A stretch of 64,000 bases of DNA, from contig UYFQ01000842.1 in NCBI GenBank assembly GCA_900617105.1, forward strand, positions 62,001 to 126,000, in the 5' to 3' direction. The position numbers were made by a program, and so were the translations under genes. Source of the stretch: Hydrurus foetidus (taxonomy: Eukaryota). The notes beneath the pieces are model-generated. The model was not told the DNA's origin, did no database searches, and saw only the letters and a list, made by a program, of their open reading frames with translations. The first letter of the stretch is position 1, and each line of letters opens with the position of its first letter. Shown in pieces: positions 20,118 to 29,268 of the stretch.

Positions 20118-20387
20118 ATGAAATGCCCTAACTGCCCCGATTCCACCATGGTCATGACTGATCGACAAGGTGTCGAAATTGACTATTGCCCGACGTGCCG
20201 CGGTATCTGGCTCGATCGTGGTGAGCTTGATAAATTGCTAGAGCGAGCGGCTTCAGCGTCTGCACCACAGCGGGCAGAAGTGCAACAAAGCCGCAAACAA
20301 TCCGACTATGAGAACTCGGACTACCTTGGTGGTCAGCGTCACCCGCAGCAGCGCAGGAAGTCTTGGCTCAATGATATTTTTGACTGA
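20118..20387 (+). CDS. zf-TFIIB-type zinc-ribbon protein
   Basis: MKCPNC...GVEIDYCPTCRGIWLDRGELDKL...KSWLNDIFD. Confidence 0.88.
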   Translation: MKCPNCPDSTMVMTDRQGVEIDYCPTCRGIWLDRGELDKLLERAASASAPQRAEVQQSRKQSDYENSDYLGGQRHPQQRRKSWLNDIFD

Positions 20388-20485
20388 GCCGCAAATGTGG
20401 CTCACGTGATCTTGAAGACGGTCCGCTCCGTTTTTTCGCCCAAAATTTGCTCATGCACCCCCAGTGTTCAATGCCCTTCACCAGT

Positions 20486-20888
20486 CACTACTGTCCGGTT
20501 AATTCAGAGCCCATCGTCCGCAAAGCCAATATCAATGCGGGTTTGGGCAGGTTTTCGGGTGTCCACGATTTGAATTTGGAAAAAACAGAATGATAAGAAC
20601 CAATTTTTTTACTAATTTCATTGTTTTTGTTCTCGCATTCATCTAGCCCGATTCGCGCTTTTGCGTTGCTCGCAGGTTTGTACTACCTGGGGCACCACAT
20701 GAACACCGGCAAGACGCTTTTTGCGCAAGTCATGGAACACGCGCCATGGAAAACATTTGGTCGCATCAATGAACGCCACAACGGCGACGCTGGCGTTCGC
20801 ACGCTCAGTTGTGCCGATGTGTTTCGCGTCATGGCGTTTACGCGCTGGACTCCACCACCATCGACTTGTGTTTGAGCCTGTTTGATTG
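20486..20888 (+). mobile_element. IS4-family (DUF4372-type) remnant, internally deleted
   Basis: Terminal-repeat-like CACTACTGTCCGGTTAATTC; MNTGKTLFAQVM...FRVMAF joined to the VYALDSTTIDLCLSLFDW DDE motif. Confidence 0.8.
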
Positions 20889-21358
20889 AGCCTCTTCCTG
20901 CGTGGTCCGATTGCTGGACCATCGATTTTCTGGAGAAAAAACCATTTGTAGCCGGCTTGGTGCGGAGCGCAGGTGAGGCCACAAAATCGCAGATTCATAG
21001 CACCAAGAAATGTGAACCTGGCGCCCATCTAGCACGCTGGGTCGATTCGACCAATTCATGGAGTAGTGCTCATACCGACACCACGGATGCCACATAGTCG
21101 CCGGAAAAGTTACCGCGGCCTGGGCATCTTTGTTCGCCCCGGCGATGAACGTGACATCGCGGTCACCGATAGCTTGATCCCACATCGCATCAGTAAACGC
21201 GCTTCGATCGTAGATCAGCCCCTCTGCCAAAAACACGACTGAGCCATCAGGCAGTGTCGGTACCCTTGCGGCGACGAGCGCTGGCAATTCCACATTTCCT
21301 ACCCGAAGGCGAAATTCTTCGTCCTTGCCGTTTTCACCTAAATTTGTATTTAGTGCAA
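20887..21358 (-). pseudogene. TraB-like fragment, copy 2 (internally deleted, truncated)
   Basis: Homologous to 14580-15138; lacks the LADDGLGNV...KGV segment. Confidence 0.75.
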
Positions 21359-21574
21359 ACCATGCGCCGCGTGTTACACGAGGGGCAGACGCCACGGCCT
21401 TTCCAGGAATAGGCGACGATATAGTCGCACCCGCAGTCGTCACACCAGGCCCAAGCAAAGCCGTGGGCAAAGATGCCGCATTCCAGATACTTGCGAAAGG
21501 CTTGGCGGAAGTAGGGCTTGGGGTGTGGTGCTCGGCTATGGCGTTGGTAGCGCAGAGTCCGCTCGGGGTGGCGC
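21359..21574 (-). mobile_element. IS91/ISCR transposase remnant, copy 2
   Basis: RHPERTLRYQ...IAEHHTP..RQAFRKYLECGIFAHGFA..CDDCG...GRGVCPSCNTRRMV. Confidence 0.85.
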
Positions 21575-21651
21575 CGCTGTTCACCAACGGTGGCAACCAG
21601 GTGCGCTGCCCAAGCGGCGCTACACCGCAGTCATAGCGCATGAAGTTATAA
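21569..21651 (+). repeat. Second internally deleted copy of the gatC 3' end
   Basis: TGGCGCCGCTGT|TCACCAACGGTGGCAACCAGGTGCGCT|GCCCAAGCGGCGCTACACCGC...TTATAA. Confidence 0.9.
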
Positions 21652-21707
21652 GAAACTAGCCTCTAGCCCCCGTGGAATATGCGCCAGCAGCTATAAAATC
21701 AGTAGCG
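21652..21707 (+). repeat. Intergenic repeat copy 3
   Basis: GAAACTAGCCTCTAGCCCCCGTGGAATATGCGCCAGCAGCTATAAAATCAGTAGCG. Confidence 0.85.
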
Positions 21708-21794
21708 CGGCGCATGGCAAGACTCCGGATTTTCAATTGCCTTGCAGCGTCGACACGCCGACTTTTAGACCTTGCCAAGCCGACGCAATGGACA

Positions 21795-24356
21795 TCACTC
21801 AGGCTTCTGCCACACTGCCCGCCAGTCTCCCAAATCGTATTCCGACAACCCAGCTTGATCAAAGCGCCACAGGTGCAGCCACCGGTTGTCCAACAACTGC
21901 CGCACGACAGCATGCTTGCGTATGACAGCTTCTATGGTCTGCTGCGGCGCATCGATAACTACTGTCAGACGCAGGGGTTCATGGACCCAGCGCTTTCCAT
22001 CATGCAGCGATTGGCGTGCCAAGCCGATGCGCAGGTCGCCTCCGTTACCCTCAAATACGCCAATGTGCCCGCCCACAACGTTGTGCAGCACCTTATTGCC
22101 ACTGCCCAGAGTAAGGGGGTCAGAAGTGGACGCGTGGTACTGCCAGTTGATCCAGTGGGTTACCAGCATGGGTGCTGTCATCAGCAACTCCAAAACGCTG
22201 CCGTCGGTATCTTGACCCGCATCGTAGTCGTGCAGAAAGCTGCGGCCGTCCAGAACCAGCCCTCGGGTACGGTCACGCGGTGCGATGATGAACGCGGCAT
22301 TGCCCGCCAGACCCCACTCAGGGCGGGTTTGCGCGCCATCGTTGGCTCGGCGGTGCAGCTGATCGAGCAATTCAGCGTGGGTTGCGCTGGGGTCCAGCCC
22401 TAGCGCTGGCGCTCGCTCGCGGCGGACCTGATCGCAAGCATGGGCAAAGACATCTTGCAATCGGTCCCAGCGTGCGCGTGCAGCAGGCGGTAGTAAGTCG
22501 AGATCAAAACCCTCTATTTCGTCTATGGTGGTGTTGTGAAGTGCCGCCACGAACGCAGTTTCTTCAGGCACGCTGATTCCGATTGCCTGCAGGCCTTGAC
22601 GCACCGTTGCCTGGTTGAGCAATTGCGCCAGGCTGCGGGCATTGACTTCGCCGGTTTGGCCACAGCACGCACCACAGTCCAGTGCGGCAGCGTGGGCGTT
22701 GTTGCTGGTTTGGGCGCCGTGACCGACCAGTAGAACCAAGGGTGCGAGCTTGCGGTCCAGCCCCATAGCATGCAAAACCCCAGCAGCCAGCGAGACTTTC
22801 GCATCCAGAGCCAGCCCCGTAATCTGCGGCCGGCACACCGACCGGTAGCGCGTAGGTAGGCCGTCCAGGTCATCGCGCGCCCTGGTAGCGTGAGCAGGCT
22901 TGAGCCATTGCGCAAGTTTGCCAAGATATCCCACGCCAGCCGCTTCCACAAACGAGAAGGCCGCGCCAGGCCAACGGCTCGCCGCTAACCATTGGTCCGT
23001 CAAGCCAAAACGGTCGTGCCTGGCTTGTCGGGCACTGTTCTGCAAAACGTCATCGGTACTTTCATCGACGCTTGCACTGAGCACGATCCGGTCAGCCACC
23101 TCAATGCCGGGCGCAAGCAGTCCGGGCAACTGGGGCCGTGATGCCTGCGTTGCAAATGGAGTGTAGGCCGCAGGCAGGCCGAAAAAACCTGCAAAGCCGA
23201 TAGTCTGAACGGCAGGCCATACCGATTCAAGCGCACGTCGCAAGGGCTCACTGCGCACATCAATACAAAAAGCAGCCTGCACCTCGAACTCCGGCACCGC
23301 CGCGCCGGGACCGTCGGCATGGGTCAGTTGCAAGGCCAACTTCCGTTGGTAGCCCGCCTCCAGTGCGAGTTGCCAAACCTCGTCCACCAGCAGACCCTCT
23401 TCTGTCTGTTTCAAAACTGCAGGCGCACGGCTCCACTCGGTTTGCAAGGCGCTGAACGCCGGCAGATGGGTTGCCTGCTCCTTACATTCCAGCAAAATTA
23501 CCCCCCACGCCAGTCGGATGGCCAGCAACTCTCGCAAATGTGGGTCTGTGCGGCCCTCCAGGCGAGCCTGCCAGCCCAGATAGGCGCACCAGGAAGCCCA
23601 GCCGTTGACGGTGAGCAGCACAGACTCGAGATAGTCGGCCCAAACCGCCTGCGGCAGCCCCAGACGCTGCAATACCCAGCGCTCTGCTTCCTGCCAACTG
23701 GTCGGTAGCGCCTCCAGCGCGTGGCCAAGACGGGGCAGCCCCATCAACGTCCCGATGCCATGGTCATGCTTCACGGTGTCCCGCCAGAACGCATACAGGC
23801 CCAGGGAACGCTCGGGTTGCCAGTCTGCCTGGTGTTCATCGAAGTAAGCAGCGCAGGTCTGGCTCACTTGGTGCGTAATTGCCTGGCGCCAGGACAGCCG
23901 GGTTTGGCGCTCTGGGTCGTCGTCCAGAACATCAATCAACAGCGGCAATTGGCTACGCTGAGGTACGCTGCGCAGTGCCTCGAGGCATTGGGCCGGTGTC
24001 AGTGCCGGTTCCGACGTGAGGGCGAGCTTGGCCAGGGCGTACTCGAGGTCATCTGCGCCAATGCGGCCAGCTAACCAGGCCTCGTGTTGGCTCTCACGCG
24101 TGGGAAACACTTGTATGCCGCCCAGCACGGCCATCCGAGCTGCTACCCGTCGCAGCGGCAATCCAACGCGCGACCAATGCGGATTGACTGCAATCGCCCG
24201 ATCCAGCGGCCAAGCCGGTGCGATGGCCTGGCAGGCCCGCTCGCATGCCGCATTTAACTCGCTCGCCCAATCAACGGATACCTCTGTTTTTGCGTGGGGC
24301 GAGGCAGTAGCAAACTGTTCTAGCGAGCGCGCAGTGACGGATTCAGATGTTTTCAT
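21795..24356 (-). CDS. dabA: Inorganic carbon transporter catalytic subunit (DUF2309/UPF0753, MpsB-like)
   Basis: IAPAWPLDRAIAVNP; Zn ligands in FCIDVRSE, GHG and LDCGAC; RPEWGLAGN, INWQY, HEPLRL. Confidence 0.93.
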   Translation of the reverse strand: MKTSESVTARSLEQFATASPHAKTEVSVDWASELNAACERACQAIAPAWPLDRAIAVNPHWSRVGLPLRRVAARMAVLGGIQVFPTRESQHEAWLAGRIGADDLEYALAKLALTSEPALTPAQCLEALRSVPQRSQLPLLIDVLDDDPERQTRLSWRQAITHQVSQTCAAYFDEHQADWQPERSLGLYAFWRDTVKHDHGIGTLMGLPRLGHALEALPTSWQEAERWVLQRLGLPQAVWADYLESVLLTVNGWASWCAYLGWQARLEGRTDPHLRELLAIRLAWGVILLECKEQATHLPAFSALQTEWSRAPAVLKQTEEGLLVDEVWQLALEAGYQRKLALQLTHADGPGAAVPEFEVQAAFCIDVRSEPLRRALESVWPAVQTIGFAGFFGLPAAYTPFATQASRPQLPGLLAPGIEVADRIVLSASVDESTDDVLQNSARQARHDRFGLTDQWLAASRWPGAAFSFVEAAGVGYLGKLAQWLKPAHATRARDDLDGLPTRYRSVCRPQITGLALDAKVSLAAGVLHAMGLDRKLAPLVLLVGHGAQTSNNAHAAALDCGACCGQTGEVNARSLAQLLNQATVRQGLQAIGISVPEETAFVAALHNTTIDEIEGFDLDLLPPAARARWDRLQDVFAHACDQVRRERAPALGLDPSATHAELLDQLHRRANDGAQTRPEWGLAGNAAFIIAPRDRTRGLVLDGRSFLHDYDAGQDTDGSVLELLMTAPMLVTHWINWQYHASTSDPLTLGSGNKVLHNVVGGHIGVFEGNGGDLRIGLARQSLHDGKRWVHEPLRLTVVIDAPQQTIEAVIRKHAVVRQLLDNRWLHLWRFDQAGLSEYDLGDWRAVWQKPE

Positions 24357-24371
24357 GGTTCTTTCCTGGTG

Positions 24372-25940
24372 TTAGGTTTGCGTGCGCTCGTCTGAAGCCG
24401 GGGCGTTTGGTAGGGACTTGTCACGGTATCGCGTGCTAGGAGTCCAGCGTCCGGGCCAGAGCTTGAGTGCTAAGCGGGTGTACACCTCGTCTAAATAAAA
24501 GCCGGCATAACTCCACCTTCGCCAAGCGTGCAGGGCTTGCGGCTGCAGCTGCAAAACCACCAGCCACATGTACAGCGCGGCCAGGCCCAGCAGCGTGACC
24601 AGGCCCATGGTGTGATCGGGGACATCTTGAATACCCAGGGGCAGTGCGTGTGCCGTCAGTGCCGCAACGGTCAGGCCGGCGATCATCAGCACGCCAGACA
24701 TGAGCGGCAATGCGAACCCGCGCACCCCACTTCGATGAGACGACAGCCACAGCATGGGTGCCCACGCCAAGCCCATGACTGCGCTCCACCACCAGGGCCA
24801 AGTTGCAACAGCCACCGCTTTCTGGGTAAGGACTACAACAGCGACGGCCACCGCAGGGGCCAACAGCAGGCTCAACGGTGCAGGTGTCGAGCTACCCCGC
24901 AAAAACTGCAAGCGTGTGTCTCGCACCACCGTGGAAGCGGATAAAAATGCATGGGCTTTGTACAGCGAGTGCCCGATCAGGTGCAATGCAGCGAGGGTAT
25001 AGAGACCTAAGCCACATTCAAGCAGCATGAAACCCATTTGTGCAACGGTGGACCAAGCCAGCCGAACTTTGATACTGACACGCGTCAGCATGACCATACC
25101 GGCCAGCACGGCTGTACCGAGGCCGAAGGTGATCAACAAGATGCGTGCCGTCGTAGCCTGCTCTAAAAGCGGCGCAAAGCGGATCAGTACAAATCCACCC
25201 AAATTCACCACACCCGCATGGAGCAGCGCAGAAACGGGAGTTGGCGCTTCCATAACCTGAATTAGCCAGCCATGCACCGGCAGCAGGGCAGTGCGCAGAA
25301 TCACGGCCATCACAAGACAGACCGCGCTTGCGTGCAATGCTGTGGACATGCCCTCACGCGCCAAGTACGTCCACAAATCGGCAAATGAACCGCTGCCCAC
25401 AGTGCTCCAGGCCAGGGCTGCGGCGGCCAGGAGCAATACATCGGCGGCCCGGTCAGCGATACGTTTTTTATGAGCTGCCAGTTGGGCAAACGGACGGTCC
25501 GGGTAAAAACACAGAAGATGTTGCAGTGCCACTCCGACCAAGGCCCACGCGACAATCAATACCGCCCAGTGGTCAGCCAGTAGCAGCAGGTGGACCGCGG
25601 CCAAAACGCCTGCCAGAGCAGTGACGTACCGCTGCTGCCCGGATTCACCCTCCAGATAGCGGGATGAAAAGGCGCCAATCACCGTGCCCAACAACTGAAC
25701 CAGTAGAGCCAGAACGCCCGCCAGGGGTGTTGGATGCAGCCATGGCTCAAGCGTGCGTGCGGGGATCGGCAACAGAACGGACAGCAGCGTACAAACCAGA
25801 GCCACCAAAGACAACATGGTGAAGGTGCTCCAAGAGGCAGCGGAGCGTGCGGCCGGGCGCTGTGGCGGCAACATAGCCAGAAGCATCAGAGCAACTGGCA
25901 AACAAACGCTGGCAGTGGCAAGCACTTGTATGGATGTCAT
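24372..25940 (-). CDS. dabB: Inorganic carbon transporter membrane subunit (NuoL/ND5-like, MpsA-like)
   Basis: HGWLIQVMEAPTPVSALLHAGVVN, STVAQMGFM, HSLYKAHAFL; directly upstream of dabA. Confidence 0.92.
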   Translation of the reverse strand: MTSIQVLATASVCLPVALMLLAMLPPQRPAARSAASWSTFTMLSLVALVCTLLSVLLPIPARTLEPWLHPTPLAGVLALLVQLLGTVIGAFSSRYLEGESGQQRYVTALAGVLAAVHLLLLADHWAVLIVAWALVGVALQHLLCFYPDRPFAQLAAHKKRIADRAADVLLLAAAALAWSTVGSGSFADLWTYLAREGMSTALHASAVCLVMAVILRTALLPVHGWLIQVMEAPTPVSALLHAGVVNLGGFVLIRFAPLLEQATTARILLITFGLGTAVLAGMVMLTRVSIKVRLAWSTVAQMGFMLLECGLGLYTLAALHLIGHSLYKAHAFLSASTVVRDTRLQFLRGSSTPAPLSLLLAPAVAVAVVVLTQKAVAVATWPWWWSAVMGLAWAPMLWLSSHRSGVRGFALPLMSGVLMIAGLTVAALTAHALPLGIQDVPDHTMGLVTLLGLAALYMWLVVLQLQPQALHAWRRWSYAGFYLDEVYTRLALKLWPGRWTPSTRYRDKSLPNAPASDERTQT

Positions 25941-26037
25941 GAAAAACCCTTTTATTCAAACTTGGCGCAATGGTCTTGCTTTTCTAACGTTCTGTAAAAT
26001 ACATATATAGTTAATTTTTAATATTAAAAACAGATCA

Positions 26038-26973
26038 ATGAACCTTGAGCAACTGAACTTCCACCATTTGTTTTACTTCTGGCGCGTTGCAAAGCTGGGG
26101 CACTTGACCCGCGCAGCGCAAGACCTGCATACCTCACAGTCGGCGCTCTCTGCGCAGATACGCCAGTTGGAAGACCGCATTGGCGAGGACTTGTTCTCGA
26201 GGAAGGGGCGTCGTCTGGTTTTGACGGACACCGGGCAACTCGTTCTCTCCTATGCAGAAAACATTTTTGGCCTCGGGCAGGAGATGCTGGGCCGTTTGCA
26301 AGGGCAAAGCCAAGGCATCACGCGGTTGCGGGTGGGCAGTGTGGCTACGCTCTCGCGCAACTACCAGGAAAACTGGATTCGCCCTCTGCTTGCCGATCCG
26401 TCTGTTGTGCTCACGCTTGAGTCGGGCATGCTGGAAGGTCTGCTGTCACGTCTGGTGCAACACCAGTTGGATGTCGTGTTGGCGAATGAAACGGTACCAA
26501 CGAACCCCGATCGGCCCTTGCATTCCTTCTTTCTCGGCAGCCAGCCGGTTTCACTTGTGGGACCGAGCACAGTCTGGAAAGCGAATAGCTTGCGCTTACC
26601 GCAGGACTTACAGGGAGTGGATGTAGCTGTGCCAGGGCCAAGGCACGCCGTCCGGGCCCAATTCGATGCCTTGTGCGCTGCAGCGGGTATCACTCCGCGC
26701 CTGCGTGCTGAGGTGGACGACATGGCCATGCTGCGCCTGATTGCGCGGGACAGCGGCTGGTTGACAGTGTTGCCGGAGGTTGTCGTTCAGGATGAACTGC
26801 GTTCTGGTGTTCTCGTCTCGGTTGGTCGCTCAAACGCTCTGCAGGAGCGCTTTTATGCCATCACAACTCCGCACCGCCATCGCATTGCATTGTTGGAACA
26901 GTTGCTATCTGAAGAACCCGGGAAAGTGGGCATTGCGCTGAACACCGAAGTCGCCAACGGCGCGCCAGCCTAG
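26038..26973 (+). CDS. NhaR-like LysR regulator divergent from dabBA
   Basis: LNFHHLFYFWRVAK HTH; AEVDDMAMLRL. Confidence 0.9.
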   Translation: MNLEQLNFHHLFYFWRVAKLGHLTRAAQDLHTSQSALSAQIRQLEDRIGEDLFSRKGRRLVLTDTGQLVLSYAENIFGLGQEMLGRLQGQSQGITRLRVGSVATLSRNYQENWIRPLLADPSVVLTLESGMLEGLLSRLVQHQLDVVLANETVPTNPDRPLHSFFLGSQPVSLVGPSTVWKANSLRLPQDLQGVDVAVPGPRHAVRAQFDALCAAAGITPRLRAEVDDMAMLRLIARDSGWLTVLPEVVVQDELRSGVLVSVGRSNALQERFYAITTPHRHRIALLEQLLSEEPGKVGIALNTEVANGAPA

Positions 26974-27005
26974 CGCAAAATCAGCATGTGAACGGATAAC
27001 GGATA

Positions 27006-27640
27006 CGGATAAGACATTCAATCGTCTCAAGGCCAGCATCGCAGCTTCGATTGGCCACCACCCCCGCCGCAAAAACCTTCTTCATTCTCACTACAGCGTG
27101 ATTCCTGGGCGGGCCATCATCAAAATTCGCCTGACGACAGGGGCATTTGCGGTGGGCCGCGCAGGCCTGGCCAGCGGCAAGTCAACGTCGCCGCCTCAGC
27201 CATTCGTCTGCGCATCACTACAGTCATCCCACAACGGTGGCCCGCGCCCCGGGCACAGCAACGGGAACACTTCGGAGATGCGGGCGATCAGCACTGCCCA
27301 CAGGTAATGTGCCTTCGACCGTTTGGGTGTCCGCGGCGGCGGCACCAGGGCGGCGCCCTCTTTGCGAAGGCGCGCAATCGCTTCGGGACAGAGCGCACCC
27401 ACCGGCGCACTGGCAGGCACACCACGCCCTGGCAAAGCCGTGGACAAAGATGCCGCATTCCAGATACTTGCGAAAGGCTTGGCGGACGTAAGGCTTGGGG
27501 GTGTGGTGCTCGGCTATGGCGTTGGTAGCGCAGAGTCCGCTCGGGGTGGCGCGGGTTGTAGAGCTTGGGCTTTGCACCCGCTGGCCCGCTTCCATGAGAA
27601 TGCGCTTGCGTTGGTCGCGGATTTTCTGAGCCGCGGACCA
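27006..27640 (-). mobile_element. Miniature, internally deleted IS91/ISCR-type element with a degenerate oriIS-like end
   Basis: Pieces PKLYNPRHPERTLRYQ / KPYVRQAFRKYLECG / LVPPPRT / AHYLWAVLIARI.EVFPLLCP / RGPPLWDDC; minus-strand ACGATTGAATGTCTTATCCG at 27025-27006. Confidence 0.8.
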
Positions 27641-27793
27641 ACACGTCGTCCTTGGGAGCGCTTGCCATAGTCGTGCCAACGCACAGGCATTTCAACGACA
27701 CGAGGCCAAGTATCGGCCCTTGGAATAGCCCTCAGATTCCAATCACTAGCCGCGTCTCAGCGCTAGTGCCCAATCTCGTGTTGGCCGATTGGA

Positions 27794-29143
27794 TCAATCG
27801 CCCACGGCCATTGACCGGTTGGCACGCAATGCCAGCAAGGTACACGCTGCGCCAGAAATCAGGTAGACGCTGACCGAAACCAAACCAAAGCGTGTCGATA
27901 GGCCCAGCGCGACCAGCGGGGCGAAGGCGGCGCCTATCAGCCATGCCAAATCAGCCGTCAGCGCGGCTCCGGTGTAGCGCAAGTGGGGTAGAAAATTGGA
28001 CGTCACCGCGCCCGCAGCCTGACCGTAGGACAAGCCCAGCAAGACAAAACCGACCAAAATAAAGGTGTCTTGTCCCAGCGTGCCGCTACCCAGCAACAGT
28101 GGCGCAAACAGGCCGAACACGCCGATCAGCACCGCAAGCAGACCAAGCGTACTGCGTCTTCCTATGCGGTCGGCCAGCAAGCCGGACAGTGGCATGGCGG
28201 CAGCTGCCAGCAGTGCGCCCACGATCTGCACCGCCAAAAATTCACCAATCACCTGCTGTGAGTACAGCATCACCCACGACAGCGGAAACACCGTGACGAT
28301 GTGAAACAAGGCAAAACTGGCCAATGCGGCGAAGGCGCCTATGAACAGGTTGCTGCCCTGGGTGCTGACCAGTTCGCGCACGCTGCAGGGTTGTAGCTCG
28401 TTAGCGTCGAGCTCACGTTCGTATTCTCGGGTAACTACCAGGCGCAGGCGCGCAAACAAGGCCACCACATTAATGGCAAACGCGGCAAAAAACGGGTAGC
28501 GCCAACCCCAGTCCAGGAACTCCTGGCTGCTCAGATTGCCCCACAGGTAGGCAAACAGGCTGCACGCGATCAAGAAACCCAGCGGTGCCCCCAACTGGCC
28601 CAGCATGGCGTACCAGCCGCGGCGCTTTTCAGGTGCATTCAAAGCCAGTAATGAGGGTAGTCCGTCCCAGGAGCCGCCAAGCGCCAGCCCTTGACCGATG
28701 CGGCAAGCAGCCAGTAAGACAATTGCGCCTGCGCCCAGCACTTGGTAGCTCGGCAACAAAGCCATGCCTGCGGTGGCGCAACCCAGCAAGAGCAGGGCAA
28801 GGCTCAGTTTGGCGCTGCGGCCATAGCGACGTTGTAACCACATGCCGACCACAGTGCCGAGTGGGCGCACCAGAAACGCCAGCGAAAACACGACAAAGGC
28901 ATACAGCGTGCCCTGCAGGCGGTCAACAAACGGAAAGAACACCGCAGGAAAGACCAGCACGCAGGCAATACCGAAAACAAAAAAATCGAAATACTCTGAA
29001 GCGCGGCCTATCACCACGCCAACAGCGATGTCGCCTGGGGCGACGTTCTCATTTGCGTGCGCCGGGCTGTCGCGCGTGGGACTACGAGAGCCGATAGAAC
29101 CGGTGGGGTAAAGCGCCGTAGTGGGGTTTGAGGGGGGTGGCAT
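27794..29143 (-). CDS. MFS transporter (metabolite:H+ symporter family) divergent from cyoA
   Basis: EYFDFFVFG, GQGLALGGSWDG, WGWRYPF, LADRIGRR. Confidence 0.9.
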   Translation of the reverse strand: MPPPSNPTTALYPTGSIGSRSPTRDSPAHANENVAPGDIAVGVVIGRASEYFDFFVFGIACVLVFPAVFFPFVDRLQGTLYAFVVFSLAFLVRPLGTVVGMWLQRRYGRSAKLSLALLLLGCATAGMALLPSYQVLGAGAIVLLAACRIGQGLALGGSWDGLPSLLALNAPEKRRGWYAMLGQLGAPLGFLIACSLFAYLWGNLSSQEFLDWGWRYPFFAAFAINVVALFARLRLVVTREYERELDANELQPCSVRELVSTQGSNLFIGAFAALASFALFHIVTVFPLSWVMLYSQQVIGEFLAVQIVGALLAAAAMPLSGLLADRIGRRSTLGLLAVLIGVFGLFAPLLLGSGTLGQDTFILVGFVLLGLSYGQAAGAVTSNFLPHLRYTGAALTADLAWLIGAAFAPLVALGLSTRFGLVSVSVYLISGAACTLLALRANRSMAVGD

Positions 29144-29174
29144 GGTGGAACTCGGTTGGTTTGTGAGAGCGGCC

Positions 29175-29191
29175 TTGGACAATATGTCCAA
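29175..29191. promoter_or_regulatory. Perfect 7-3-7 palindrome (candidate response-regulator site)
   Basis: TTGGACA-ATA-TGTCCAA in the MFS/cyoA divergent region. Confidence 0.6.
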
Positions 29192-29194
29192 TCG

Positions 29195-29208
29195 TTGATT
29201 TACATCAA
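29195..29208. promoter_or_regulatory. FNR/Anr box
   Basis: TTGAT-TTAC-ATCAA, perfect consensus, upstream of cyoA. Confidence 0.8.
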
Positions 29209-29268
29209 TCAAGCTAGAGTCTGGCCTAAGTCGCAATTAGCGTTAACCCTTGTATCTGGTCGCCACAA

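Noticed and set aside
20574..20590. TTTGGAAAAAACAGAA as another NhaR-like operator
   Set aside because: It lies inside the IS4 remnant, not upstream of a module gene.
20838..21641. 267-aa ORF (and 14513-15199, 27224-27679) as real novel proteins
   Set aside because: Chance read-through of fused TraB-like, IS91 and gatC remnants in mixed frames.
10987..21707. Repeats as a CRISPR array or integron attC sites
   Set aside because: Spacing is kilobases, the repeats are gene fragments, and there is no cas or intI gene or attC structure.
24372..25940. NuoL-like gene as respiratory complex I or an Mrp antiporter
   Set aside because: No other nuo/mrp subunits; adjacency to DUF2309 identifies it as DabB.
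29144..29236. Longer start for the MFS gene
   Set aside because: It would run through the FNR box and palindrome; ATG 29143 is preferred.
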